From the sequence record NC_049340.1: a stretch of DNA of 64,000 bases; one strand, 5' to 3'. Shown piece by piece: positions 1 through 11,627 of the stretch. A model generated the notes under the pieces. It was not told the DNA's origin. It saw nothing but the letters and a program-made list of their open reading frames with translations, and ran no database searches. Every line of letters starts with the position of its first letter. The first letter of the stretch is position 1. Made by a program: the position numbers and the translations under genes.

Positions 1-154
1 AACACATATAGTGTTTCCGATTTTTTATTTAATACACATTTAAGGCACTTTAAACTATATTTGATAACAATATACCATAATATTATAAAAGTTCATAAAA
101 TCACTATATATGAACTTAATTTAACAAACATAATACATATACAAAAGGAATATT

Positions 155-637
155 ATGTCGATAAAAAAACTAAAACCTAGAATGGGTAAAAAGTCTCATT
201 ATAAACAAGGGTATTATGATGTTAGAAAATCAAAAAAATATTATGGTGATACACCAGTTATTTATAGGAGTGGTTTAGAGTTTAAGTTTATGACGTGGTG
301 TGAACGTAGTCCTAGAGTATTAAAGTGGTCATCAGAACCAAACAAATCAATTAAATATACATGTCCACGAACAGGTAAGGAACGAAACTATTATATTGAT
401 TTTATAATAGAATTAGCATCAGGTGATAAATTTTTAGTTGAGGTTAAACCATTTAGTCAAATGAAAGATGCTGAGGCATTTTCAAAACATGCTAAAATGT
501 TAGGTAGATTACCAAATATTAACGAATCAAATAAAGTTGCATCAATGAATGATGCAAAGTGGAGGTATGCTAAGAAGTATGCCGAAAAACATAACATGAA
601 ATTCATAATAATAACGGAACGATTTAAATTCATATAA
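155..637 (+). CDS. gp4: Head completion nuclease (T4 gp4 / TnsA-like PD-(D/E)XK)
   Basis: YRSGLE...WSSEP...YYIDF...LVEVKP...AKWRYA...FIIITE motif series. Confidence 0.85.
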   Translation: MSIKKLKPRMGKKSHYKQGYYDVRKSKKYYGDTPVIYRSGLEFKFMTWCERSPRVLKWSSEPNKSIKYTCPRTGKERNYYIDFIIELASGDKFLVEVKPFSQMKDAEAFSKHAKMLGRLPNINESNKVASMNDAKWRYAKKYAEKHNMKFIIITERFKFI

Positions 638-646
638 TAACACAAC

Positions 647-1477
647 ATGGCAAAGCAAATAGGAAATAAAATAAAGTTTGAAAATCTAACACCTGATGAT
701 ATTGATTTTTTAAACATAATTAATGACAATGTAACATCATCAAATTCATTACCATTTGATGTACCTATTGACCAAGTATTAAGGATAACTATTCGTAGTT
801 TGAAATGGTTTTGGTATTGGTATGAAGATGCTACACAAGAATCAACCTTATACATTCCATTTACAGAAATTCAAGAAAAGCAGAAAGTTTCAAAGGCTGG
901 TAATGTAGATTTATTATTACCTGAGGGTATTGAGGGTGTTTTTGACGTAAAACCTGTTGGTGGTTCTAATTTTACATCTATTGCAAAGAGTTTAAGATAT
1001 CCTTTACTAAATGCATTAAGAAATACATATGCAAGTTCTTATGGTGGTGCTAATGGTGGTATGAGTGGATTCCGTTCACAGTATGGTCAAGGTTCATTTT
1101 CAACGGTTGATAGCACATTACAAATGTATGAATTATCACAATACAAAACTATGTCACAAAGAGGTTATAGATTCTCTTTCAATAAAAATTCAAGGATATT
1201 AAGATTGATGACAGGTAGTATTGGTGGTGGTATTGTTTGTCAAGCCTTTGAGCGGTTAGAACCGCAATTGATGTACGGTGACCAATTATTTGAGGATTAT
1301 GTTACCGCTAAGGTTGAAGAGGCGTTAGGTAAGATTGTAAGTACTTTCAATTTCGAATTACCTGGCGGTGTAACAATAAATTATGATGAGATTAAATCAA
1401 ATGGTAAGGAAAGGGCAGAAAAAATAGAAGAAGATATAAAGAACTCTAATAATACTGACCTTATGTTATCCATTTAA
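647..1477 (+). CDS. gp13: Neck protein (T4 gp13-like)
   Basis: C-terminal LPGGVTINYDEIKSNGKERAEKIEEDI motif; follows gp4. Confidence 0.75.
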   Translation: MAKQIGNKIKFENLTPDDIDFLNIINDNVTSSNSLPFDVPIDQVLRITIRSLKWFWYWYEDATQESTLYIPFTEIQEKQKVSKAGNVDLLLPEGIEGVFDVKPVGGSNFTSIAKSLRYPLLNALRNTYASSYGGANGGMSGFRSQYGQGSFSTVDSTLQMYELSQYKTMSQRGYRFSFNKNSRILRLMTGSIGGGIVCQAFERLEPQLMYGDQLFEDYVTAKVEEALGKIVSTFNFELPGGVTINYDEIKSNGKERAEKIEEDIKNSNNTDLMLSI

Positions 1478-1514
1478 ATAACATATACATATAGTATAAA
1501 TAAACACATATACA

Positions 1515-4500
1515 ATGTTTAAAAATTCAATAGAACAACAACTAGAAAGTACTGGCAGACAACATGAGAATGCTGTTGCTTTATCAAATGCATATTTAAA
1601 GGCTTTAACCACCCAAGAGGAAGAGGTTAGTGTTGATTTAAAAAATGCTGATGGAACAACATCTAATGTTAGGGTAAAAACAAACTCTAAGATTTGGGCA
1701 GAATTAGAGCGACTTAGAGCCACAGTATTAAATATAAGCGGTATTTCAAAGGACAGACAAAATACATTGGTATCTTTAGATGATAAAACATCTTTTAGAG
1801 AGATATTTGTACAGAATTTTGACCGTGCATACTCAAAACCTAAAGCATCTGAAATTACATTAGATAGTGGAATAAAGATTGAAACAAACGGTATTGTTGA
1901 ATCATTACTTTCACCATTAACTACTGTTGAGGCTAGTTTGGCACAAAGATTTTTAGAAGCTAATGAAGTTGTTGTGACAAAATTCATAATAACTGCTGGC
2001 GATTTCACTAAATTTACTGATGGTGAAACATATTCAAGTGTACGACAAAAATTATTAAATACTGCTAATGGTTATAAATATAAAACAGTTGAGTATCTTT
2101 TAGATACTGTAAAGAGAAACACTAGATTCTATGGTGAATTTAATGTGGTTTCACAAGTTTCTAATACGGATGGTACTGTTACAGCTGTTTTAAATACATT
2201 AAAGTATTCAGATAAGTTAAATTCTGTTGAGAACTCACGAGAGTTGGTTGTTGGTAATAAATTGGTTTCTACTGATGGTACTTCTAGATGGAATGTAACA
2301 GCAATTGATATACCTAATAATAAAATAACGATAAAGGTTGAGGCTGGTTATAGTCCTCTACAAACTGGTACAGGAACATTATCAATTTTATCTGTTGATA
2401 CTAACGAAACACGAAAGGTTCGTATACCAGTAAAGTTAAAGGAGAAGTCTATAATGTTTATTTCACCAGTAAATAAACACACGAATGCTGAGTCACCATA
2501 TTCAGAAGCAAAATTATTTGATTCTAGTAAATATACTGTTAGTGTTGGAAATAACACTTTCACATTTGATGAGTATTTTGCATCAAAGGTTGCAGACCTT
2601 GGAAGTTATTTTGAATCAATCGTTCGTGAATCAGCTATACCAGCATCATTAGGAGAGAAACCATTAAAGCCAACATTAGATGTAAATACATTTAATATTG
2701 TACAAATTAACCGACACTTAACAAATACACCCGAATCAGATAAATTAAAGAAATTAAATTCTGATTATAAAAGAACTGATAGTGAAATATCTGTTTTAAA
2801 CAATAAGATTTCTGAAATAAATGCTAGGATTGCAAAGGGTAATTATTCATCAAGTGCATTAAAGGCAAAAGATGAAGCAACACTATCAACATTAATAAAA
2901 CTAAGGTTGAGAAGTCTGCATATTTATCATCATTGGTAACTGATATTAATACAGCATTATCAAACACTACAGCACGAAACATAACACCAAAATATCGTGT
3001 TCGTGGTTTTTGGGATGTTCAAAGTGATATTGCATCTAGTGTTACGAATCCACAAAAGATTGTACAATATGAGGTAAGATATCGTTATGCATCAAATAAC
3101 AAGACAACGACTGATGCAGACCAAATGACATATACTGATAAAAATAGTAATACAGTAAATGCAATATTTAGTCCATGGTCTTATGTTAAGAGTGAACCAA
3201 GGAAAAAAGAAAAAACTACAACTGGTGAGTTTGTGTGGTCAAATAATGATGTAGCCAATGCGGATGAGGTTAATATGAACCAATTGGATATTCCTATTCA
3301 ATATGGTGAGAATGTTGAGTTACAAATTAGAGCAATATCAGAAGCTGGTTATCCAACTGCACCAATTACATCAGATTGGTCTGATTTAGTTAGTGTAAAA
3401 TTTCCACAGGAATTATTACAAGAATCAACAGTAGCTACAATTGCTAGGGAAAATTCTGAGGCTTTACGAAAAGTTGAGTTACAAGAGGAATTTAAGAACC
3501 AAGGTATCACCGAACATATTAGTACAGCAATTAGAGAGCGTGGTAATTATTATGCACACGACACCAAACAAATTGCATCAGGATTTAGAACAACTGAACA
3601 AACCATAATTTCATTATTTGATTTCTTAACAAGTCAAAAACGGAAATGGACAGATTACGTTCAATTGTTGATAGAAGATATGCTATTATCACACCACAAA
3701 TTGTAGATGGTTCTGATAAAGTATATGAAGTATCTAAATTCTCTAAGATTAAATTATTCGCTGGATATTATACGGATGCTGTTAATTTATCGGATGTATC
3801 AAATAATGGTACGATAGTAACAAAGGTATTTTATTTAAGATTTAATAATAAGAATGCACAGACTGTTGATATGTTAAGTATTAGTCCAGGTACTTTGACT
3901 GAGGCTACTGCTAATGTTAATTACTCGGATGTTCCTGTTTCGATTCTTGGGAATGATGGTAAATCATTTAAACAATTAAACGGACAAATATTCTATGCAC
4001 GTTCAAAGGATATAAGTGGTAGTACTGACTTTTTTGTAACAGATACAACACAATCAGTAACAACAATACCATCATCGGATATTGATAACACCGCAGTACA
4101 AGCATCTAAAGATGTTGTGCATTTACAAGGTGGTTCTTTTGAGGTTGTGAAGTTAACAAACAATGCATCATTAGATAATTATGTTGCAGTATCAACTTCA
4201 CATCCAGCATACATAGACTATACGAGGAATAATGCAAATACTGCAAATTTATTAGCTGAATTTGAAAGAGTGAAGCAATATAATGAAACATTAAAAAAGC
4301 CTACAGCACAAAATAAATTTGACACAAACAAAGCTGTTGAATATATACAAAATGATAAGTATTTAGTAGGTAAAAATAGTGTAGGTGCAAGGCTATTCAC
4401 ACAATTTAATCAAATGTCGAGTGTTCAAGTAAATGGAATTGATACATCAAGTGCATTACAAATACACACAGGCGATTCAAATTCTGTTATAGTACCTTTG

Positions 4501-4746
4501 GTATTTCAGTATAGAATGACTGATGCTGTTGGTCATGTTGATGGAACAACATCAAAAACCGTTAACTCGAATTTCGAATATACTAAGTCTATTGGTATTG
4601 ATTTAATTGTGCAGGGTGAGACATTTAAATTTGATGTTGAAGTTAGTGCTAAATTTAGACCGACATCAATTTCGAATAATAATTTAGGTATACAAACTAC
4701 CAAAAATATAGAAACCACAACACAAGCAACAACAAAGATTGATTAA
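1515..4746 (+). CDS. Large putative virion protein (~1077 aa if joined), split in three by two -1 indels; central FN3-like segment
   Basis: ORFs 1515-2939, 2933-3706 and 3646-4746 join by adding one A at the A4 run (2897-2900) and one at the A5 run (3636-3640); YEVRYRY...VELQIRAISEAG...SDWS resembles fibronectin type III. Confidence 0.6.
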
Positions 4747-4779
4747 TCCAATCTTTGTTGTTTATGTTAAAATAGATAT

Positions 4780-7700
4780 ATGAAAACACAAGGAACAGTA
4801 GAATCTACATCATCAATTAAGTACGGTAAACAGATTTTCCAAAATGCTCAGTTCAATAATACAGTATCAGCAAATGCTGTTACTGTTGATTTTGATAAGG
4901 GTAATATACAATCTATTGATTTATCTGCATCAACTGGTGATGTTACAATTAATTTCACAAATCAAAAGATAGGTACTTATATTTTATCTATCAAGCAACA
5001 CGCAACCACAGTACGAAATGTTATATTTTCGCCTACTGTTTCAACCTCATGGAATATGATGTCAATTGGTGTGTCTAATATTGTACCTATTGTAATACAT
5101 TATGATGGAAGTAATTTTATTTCTAATTCAACAACTGGTGAAATAAAACCATTTAATGCATTATCTAACTACGGTATAGGTGCTAATGTAATACACAATG
5201 GAAATTTATATACATCAACTGCACAAGTTAATTCAGGTGCATTTAATAATGCAAATTGGGCATCTTTAGGAACTGCTGTTGCAAGTCAAACAACATATAC
5301 AGATACACATTCAACAGGACAAACAAACACACAATCGGTTATTGATTATATTTTAACAAGACCTAACATTGTATTAAAGAAATATGCATCAATTGATGCA
5401 ATGCTTGTTGAACAGGGAACACATACAGACTCAACATTATGTTTGGTTAGTAATTCAACAACTGGAAACATAACTGATGAAACACGTGTTACTGGTGGGT
5501 ATGCATACTATATAAAAAATAGAACTGGTAGTGGAATTGATAAATACGATGTATTAGGTCAATTGAGCGCACCAGCAACTAGAACAACATTTGATAATAG
5601 TATCAGTACATTACCAAACAACCCAACAAACGTACAGGTTGCATTACAAGAATTAGCTAAGTTGATTGATGATGTTAGTGGTGGTCAGAAGTTAATTCAT
5701 ACATGGAACGCTGAAACAAATGATAGATTTGTTGCTAATAATGCATTTTATGATTCATTAACAAAAAATCCTATAATTAATGTTTGGGATGCTGGTACTA
5801 AGAAAGCAACAGTTACTGGAACTGAATTAGCAAATACTATTGTAGTTGGTATGAAAGTTCGTATACAACATCCAACCACAAACGCAAAGATATTAGATAC
5901 AACCATTACAGCAATTACTGTTAGTGGTGCTAATAAAGACATTACGTTGGCTGATGGTACAGGTGTTATACAAGGACATAGAATTGTAACGGCTGATAAA
6001 AAAGCTAATGTAGGTGATTATCTTTATGTAAATACAGTACATGCGACAACAAACACAACAGTAGATGGTAATAGTACATGGACAGTTGGTGATACGATAC
6101 AATCTAATGGTACAATATGGTTAAGAATTGCATATGTTAAACCAACATTAAACGCATCACAAGTAACTTATGATTCTAGTGGAAATAACTTAATATCTAC
6201 CAATACACAAACTGCAATTACTGAGGTTAATACTAAGGTTGATACTAAATTAGGTGATGCGCCAAGTGATGGTAAACAATATGCTAGAAAGAATGCATTA
6301 TGGCAGGAAATTGATACATCATTGCCAACATTATCACAAGTATTAACTGCTGGGAATACTGCTGGGAATAAAAGTATTTCACAATTAGCATCATTGGCTA
6401 CTCGTAATGTTAGTGGTAATTATATTGCAATGAATCCAACGGATATAACTGTATATAGTACTGGTAGAAATACTAGATACCGTAATGGAGAGATAATTTA
6501 TGCCACTAGTGGTACAGATACAGTAAAACTAGCATTTCCAACAGCAACCATGCAAGAAACACCAGCTGGTGCTAAAACAATATCATTTAAGTATGAAACT
6601 GGTACGGTTGCTCTTATAGCAGATTTGGATGCTCGTGTACCATATACAGGTGGTACAGGACATGTTGATTTAGGTGGTTATCATTTAAAATCAGGGTCAC
6701 AATTTACCACAACAAACAAAGCAAGACATAGAATATATTTTCAACAATCAGGTGGTGACCAAGCATATGTTCTAAAACGTCAAGAGGAATATTGGACTGG
6801 TGGTTCATGGAGTTCAAGTACTGATGGATATGGTGTTGGTGCTAGTGCTTTAGCAAGTAATACTGGTAGATATTCTAATGCCTTTGGTGCATATGCTTTA
6901 CAAAACAATACAGGACAATATGTTGATGCATTTGGTTATAATGCTGGTAAAAACAACACAGGTGTATATTCACAATTCGTTGGCACAGGTGCAGGAACAG
7001 GAAATAGTGGGTCGAATGTTGTTGCCATGGGTTATAATGCTGGGGCATCCAATACTGGGGTAACTACAACAATAGTTGGATATTCCGCTGGACAATCAAA
7101 TACTGGTTCTAGTTCTGTTATTATAGGGGGAGGTTCTGGCATAAATAACATGGGGAATAGTACCGTGTTAATTGGCACACTTGCTGGTATGAGTAATACC
7201 CAGCACAATGTTACAGTTATAGGCAATAACTCAGGACAATCAAATACTGGTTCAGCTTTAACTGCATTTGGTAGAAGTGCTGGTGCATCTAATTCAGGTA
7301 ACGAAGCAATTTCAATAGGTTACCAAGCTGGTATGAGTAATACTGGTAACTACGGAATTAGTATAGGTAAATCTGCTGGACAATCAAACTCAGGACAGTA
7401 TACAGTAATGGCTGGTCACCAAGCTGGTATGAGTAATACTGGTAACTACGGAATTGGTGTAGGTTCTAACGCATTGTCTAATAATACACAATCATATGTT
7501 ATTGGTTTTGGTCATTTCGCTATGGCACAAAATACTGGTAAACATTCAAGTGCATTTGGACACCAAGCTGGACTAAGAAATACTGGACATTACTCGCATG
7601 GTATTGGTAGTTATGCAATAACTGATAATACATCACCATATGTTATTGGTATAGGATATTATGCATTGGGTTATAGTAAGAATACTATTGGTATGTTAAC

Positions 7701-8724
7701 CGCAGTTGGTTATATGGCTGGTCAGCAGAATAAGGGTGCAGAATCTGTATTCTATGGACACGAAACAGGGTATTTAAACATTTCTACAGGTAACGTAGGT
7801 ATAGGTAACCAATCACTAAAGTTTGCATCACATGATACACAAACTGCGGTAGGTTTCCAAGCTGGTGCAACATTCCAAGATGATACACCAAACGCTAAAT
7901 CAACAGCACACACAAATGTAAATATAACAACAGACCATATTACAATAAATGGACACAGTTTCGGTGCTACTGGTGCATATATTATTTTAAAATATACTGT
8001 TGCTGGTTCACCAATAAGTGGTATGGTTAACAATATGCCATATCAGTTTGAGATACTTGATTCAAATACGATTAAACCAACATTTGTTAATATTGGTTCA
8101 CAAGGTTTGGGAACACACACATTCACACCACAAAAGAGTTTAATGAACTCTACATCTATTGGTGCAAATTCACAAGCAACTAAACCAAACCAAGTTGTTT
8201 TAGGTAGTAATACAGTTACCGAAGTTTATTCTAATGGTGTGTTTAAATCTGATATAGCACATACTGCCATAACAGATTTAAAGCATTTAGTTACAAAGGA
8301 ATGGATAGATAATAATGTTTCAATTACCGAGGGTTCATGGACACCAACTGTTACAGATGCAGGTGGTGGAGCAACATACACATTAGGTTATAATAACGGT
8401 AGATATGTTAAAGTTGGTAATACAATAATTGCACAATGTACGGTTACAGGTATAAACACAAGTGGTATACCTACTGGTAATTTACTACTTGGTGGATTCC
8501 CTGAGCAAATATGGGCGTATGGTTCTGCTAAAGTTACTAAATTTTACGGACAAGACCAAACATTCTATTTCATATCAGGTGAAGTTCACGCAGCCCCAAC
8601 AAACAGAATATCATTTTCAGTAACAACTGGATTGCAAAATAATATAGGACTTAACTTTTTAAGTGGTGTTACATTTGTGAATGGTGGATTCACAGTACAA
8701 ATTATTTATAAAGTAAGTGTATAA
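4780..8724 (+). CDS. Tail fibre / adhesin with ~20 tandem 16-aa G-x-x-A-G-x-x-N-T-G repeats
   Basis: 1314 aa, Thr/Asn/Gly-rich; beta-roll-like repeats at ~6830-7870; foldon-like DAPSDGKQYARKNALW. Confidence 0.75.
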   Translation: MKTQGTVESTSSIKYGKQIFQNAQFNNTVSANAVTVDFDKGNIQSIDLSASTGDVTINFTNQKIGTYILSIKQHATTVRNVIFSPTVSTSWNMMSIGVSNIVPIVIHYDGSNFISNSTTGEIKPFNALSNYGIGANVIHNGNLYTSTAQVNSGAFNNANWASLGTAVASQTTYTDTHSTGQTNTQSVIDYILTRPNIVLKKYASIDAMLVEQGTHTDSTLCLVSNSTTGNITDETRVTGGYAYYIKNRTGSGIDKYDVLGQLSAPATRTTFDNSISTLPNNPTNVQVALQELAKLIDDVSGGQKLIHTWNAETNDRFVANNAFYDSLTKNPIINVWDAGTKKATVTGTELANTIVVGMKVRIQHPTTNAKILDTTITAITVSGANKDITLADGTGVIQGHRIVTADKKANVGDYLYVNTVHATTNTTVDGNSTWTVGDTIQSNGTIWLRIAYVKPTLNASQVTYDSSGNNLISTNTQTAITEVNTKVDTKLGDAPSDGKQYARKNALWQEIDTSLPTLSQVLTAGNTAGNKSISQLASLATRNVSGNYIAMNPTDITVYSTGRNTRYRNGEIIYATSGTDTVKLAFPTATMQETPAGAKTISFKYETGTVALIADLDARVPYTGGTGHVDLGGYHLKSGSQFTTTNKARHRIYFQQSGGDQAYVLKRQEEYWTGGSWSSSTDGYGVGASALASNTGRYSNAFGAYALQNNTGQYVDAFGYNAGKNNTGVYSQFVGTGAGTGNSGSNVVAMGYNAGASNTGVTTTIVGYSAGQSNTGSSSVIIGGGSGINNMGNSTVLIGTLAGMSNTQHNVTVIGNNSGQSNTGSALTAFGRSAGASNSGNEAISIGYQAGMSNTGNYGISIGKSAGQSNSGQYTVMAGHQAGMSNTGNYGIGVGSNALSNNTQSYVIGFGHFAMAQNTGKHSSAFGHQAGLRNTGHYSHGIGSYAITDNTSPYVIGIGYYALGYSKNTIGMLTAVGYMAGQQNKGAESVFYGHETGYLNISTGNVGIGNQSLKFASHDTQTAVGFQAGATFQDDTPNAKSTAHTNVNITTDHITINGHSFGATGAYIILKYTVAGSPISGMVNNMPYQFEILDSNTIKPTFVNIGSQGLGTHTFTPQKSLMNSTSIGANSQATKPNQVVLGSNTVTEVYSNGVFKSDIAHTAITDLKHLVTKEWIDNNVSITEGSWTPTVTDAGGGATYTLGYNNGRYVKVGNTIIAQCTVTGINTSGIPTGNLLLGGFPEQIWAYGSAKVTKFYGQDQTFYFISGEVHAAPTNRISFSVTTGLQNNIGLNFLSGVTFVNGGFTVQIIYKVSV
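7322..7455 (+). repeat. Exact 38-nt direct repeat (ACCAAGCTGGTATGAGTAATACTGGTAACTACGGAATT), 96 nt apart, in the fibre repeat region
   Basis: Copies at 7322-7359 and 7418-7455, i.e. two 16-aa units apart. Confidence 0.9.
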
Positions 8725-8727
8725 AAT

Positions 8728-8761
8728 AAACAAACTGTGTGAATCAACACACAGTTTGTTT
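8728..8761. terminator. 14-bp inverted repeat after the fibre gene
   Basis: AAACAAACTGTGTG-aatcaa-CACACAGTTTGTTT. Confidence 0.65.
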
Positions 8762-8803
8762 TATACTAATTGAAAGGAAAGGAAATAATTAAATATAAAC
8801 AAG

Positions 8804-9307
8804 ATGACAAAATATGTAATTACTAACAAGGATGTTGATTATACATTCGATAACCAACCATGTAAACTTAGAAGAAGTATTACAGAGGTTTGTAAAATAA
8901 ATGGTGAAAAATTCATTAAAATTTTAACAGAGCGTGTAACATTTGTTGAAGAAACTGTTATTGTTGAAGAATATCCACCAATATTTGACCACGAAACTGG
9001 TGAAGTTACCTATAAAGAACCAAAAACAGAACAAAGAATATTTCTTAAAGTATTATCACAAAAAGATGAGGTTAGAACTAGGATTTTAACAAAGGCGGAG
9101 GTTGATGCTGTATATAATATGGTTAAATCTCAGGTATTATTTGGAGAGTCTTTTTATGACTTTGAAGATAATTTAGAAACTGCATCATTAATTGCACTAA
9201 CTAAATTGGATAAGCCATATAACACACTGCCATCTGATTGGGAAATATATTCAGAAACACCACAAGAAGACAATCAACCAAACTACAACGAAATGGAGTT
9301 TGGTTGA
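8804..9307 (+). CDS. Hypothetical protein (possibly fibre-associated)
   Basis: 167-aa ORF directly after the fibre gene. Confidence 0.6.
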   Translation: MTKYVITNKDVDYTFDNQPCKLRRSITEVCKINGEKFIKILTERVTFVEETVIVEEYPPIFDHETGEVTYKEPKTEQRIFLKVLSQKDEVRTRILTKAEVDAVYNMVKSQVLFGESFYDFEDNLETASLIALTKLDKPYNTLPSDWEIYSETPQEDNQPNYNEMEFG

Positions 9308-9332
9308 AGTGAAAAAAATAATAACGTATACT

Positions 9333-9361
9333 AAAAATCGAGGCGATGCCTCGGAATTTTT
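9333..9361 (+). terminator. Intrinsic terminator-like hairpin
   Basis: CGAGGC-gat-GCCTCG followed by a T run. Confidence 0.5.
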
Positions 9362-9392
9362 AGTGTTCATACATATTAAAAAGCTGAATTAT

Positions 9393-11561
9393 ATGTATGA
9401 TTTAAAGAATAGTGGACTTTCACTAAGAACAATAAAACCAAAGGATTTAGGTCAATTTGCAACTGACTTAAATCACAACTTTATGACCATACTGAATGTG
9501 GTTGGATTTAAAGGGATGCCTGGTCAGTCAATAAAAGGTGATACAGGTATTGGTACACGAGGAACTAAGTGGTTTTTCGTTTCAACTCGAATAACTCAAT
9601 TCACATCAAAATATGGATTAACAGGTGGTGGTCAAGTAACAATACCATTTTTAAACACCGCAATGAGTTCTAACCAAGTTCAATTTGCAGAGACTGTTGG
9701 GATACCTACTGGTGATTCATTCGTAAATGGTGATATGATTGTTTTAATTAGTGGTCAAGTAGCGCAACTTAATATTAGTGGAACAACACCAACATGGATA
9801 GATACTGGTGTTACATTCGAACAAGCAATAGGACTTACTGAGGATAGAGTTAGAGAAATTATAACATCAATGATTGGGTCACCATCTGATGCGGATTCCG
9901 TTTTCCGTAGATTTAGTGCGGTTGCTAAGAATCATACGGATGCCTCGCCAGGTGTTAATAATGCATTAAATTCTGATTCTTTATTAGATATTCCTACATC
10001 TGATAGTGGTATTGGTGTACCATTTGCAAATAATTATTTTGTTGCACCAAAAGAACAAACAATTGGATTAAATACACATTTATGTTTATTAGCTGGGTCA
10101 CCACAAAAATATCATAAATTAGTGCAACAAACCCAAGAGGCACTAACAAATCAATATGTACCTGGCGTAGATGATTTTACGGCTGGAATTTTTCTACAAA
10201 GTTCATACAAGAATGGTATTATAATGGGTCATCGTGATAGTGCTACAATGAAAGATTTTATGCGAATGTATCGCACAGCATCATCATTAATACTTACATC
10301 ACACTATTCACCAAATTTAGTAGACTATTCAGAATTACAAATGTCAAAATCTGACATACTATTAAGAGCAACAAATAAAGTTACTATTAATAGTTCTGAA
10401 TTAATATACCAAGGCGGTAAGTTAACCACAAACCATTTTGATTATCTTAATAATGTTGCAAATATTGGTGCTGGTAATGATTCATATTCTCTCAATATAT
10501 ACTCAAAGGCTGGTGTATATTTAAGAAATATTAAGAATGCTAATTTCCTATCAACTAATTCAGATGGTAAGATACAAGCATTATATACTTTGGTAACAAC
10601 TATAGCAACATCAGCTACAGATACACAAATACCAACGGCAAAGGCATTACGAACAATATATGATGAAATAAAAAAATCGTTAGCTAATCATAACAAACGT
10701 ATCTCTAGCCTTGAAAATGCAGATACATCAAACATATTCAAGGCTAGAGATTATTACCCACAAGCACAAACAGTAAGTTTAAATAGCATACACACAGAGG
10801 GTAATTATATTATTAGTGGAAATGATACAAATGTTAGTGCATTACCACCAACATTAAATAATGATATACCAAAGGATGAACAATTGGAGTATCATGTTAA
10901 TGTATATGGAATAAAAACACAACAAGTAAACAGTTTAAAGCAAGTACTATCTGTTAGAGTTGATACAGCTTCACAGAGAAACCACCCAACATATTTTAGG
11001 TTTGCAAATGGTTCTATTGGGTCTAATACATTTACATGGTCATCATGGCAACGACTATTAACACAGGTTGATGTTAGTCCAATAGACTCATTATTAACTA
11101 GAATTATTGAACTAGAAAGGAAGACCGCAGTATTTCAATTTGATGGTGGTATTGTATTATGGAACAAACCTGCAAATGAAATTCCTGACGGATGGCGCGA
11201 AGTTATTGATTGGCGTGGTAGAGTTCCTGTTGGATATGACTTCACACAAGCGGAATTTAATGAAATAGGGAAAAAAGGAGGAGAAAAAACGCATAAATTA
11301 ACAAATGATGAAACTCCTACCCATCAGCACGATATGCATTTAATGGAAGGTGCACACTACGATACGGACACAAAACAATATGCAGGGAGTGGCGCGGTAA
11401 CAAGTAACACAACTTTAACTAATAAACTTGATGTTAAAAAAACTGAAAATGCGGGAGGTGGTAAAGCTCATAATAATTTGCAGCCATATCGAGTTGTTAT
11501 GTTTATTGAATATGTTGGTGATAGTGGTGGTACACTAGCAATTGATAGAACAATATCATAA
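9393..11561 (+). CDS. Baseplate / short tail fibre protein with C-terminal tail-collar-like domain
   Basis: IVLWNKPANEIPDGW...WRGRVPVG...GGEKTHKLT...HQH...HNNLQPYRVVMFI collar motif; knob-like segment ending WSSWQRL; ATG 9393 preferred because it lies after a terminator and CATACATA. Confidence 0.65.
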   Translation: MYDLKNSGLSLRTIKPKDLGQFATDLNHNFMTILNVVGFKGMPGQSIKGDTGIGTRGTKWFFVSTRITQFTSKYGLTGGGQVTIPFLNTAMSSNQVQFAETVGIPTGDSFVNGDMIVLISGQVAQLNISGTTPTWIDTGVTFEQAIGLTEDRVREIITSMIGSPSDADSVFRRFSAVAKNHTDASPGVNNALNSDSLLDIPTSDSGIGVPFANNYFVAPKEQTIGLNTHLCLLAGSPQKYHKLVQQTQEALTNQYVPGVDDFTAGIFLQSSYKNGIIMGHRDSATMKDFMRMYRTASSLILTSHYSPNLVDYSELQMSKSDILLRATNKVTINSSELIYQGGKLTTNHFDYLNNVANIGAGNDSYSLNIYSKAGVYLRNIKNANFLSTNSDGKIQALYTLVTTIATSATDTQIPTAKALRTIYDEIKKSLANHNKRISSLENADTSNIFKARDYYPQAQTVSLNSIHTEGNYIISGNDTNVSALPPTLNNDIPKDEQLEYHVNVYGIKTQQVNSLKQVLSVRVDTASQRNHPTYFRFANGSIGSNTFTWSSWQRLLTQVDVSPIDSLLTRIIELERKTAVFQFDGGIVLWNKPANEIPDGWREVIDWRGRVPVGYDFTQAEFNEIGKKGGEKTHKLTNDETPTHQHDMHLMEGAHYDTDTKQYAGSGAVTSNTTLTNKLDVKKTENAGGGKAHNNLQPYRVVMFIEYVGDSGGTLAIDRTIS

Positions 11562-11591
11562 CAATGTGTGTAAATTTACACACACATTGTT
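11560..11591. terminator. 12-bp inverted repeat
   Basis: AACAATGTGTGT-aaatttac-ACACACATTGTT. Confidence 0.6.
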
Positions 11592-11627
11592 TAATATAAG
11601 TTGAGTAAATTATAAAATTATTAAAAA

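Noticed and set aside
56-117. TATATTTG at 56-63 and a 9-bp inverted repeat (89-97/109-117) before gp4
   Set aside because: No -33 TTTG at the right spacing and upstream context is cut off by the window edge
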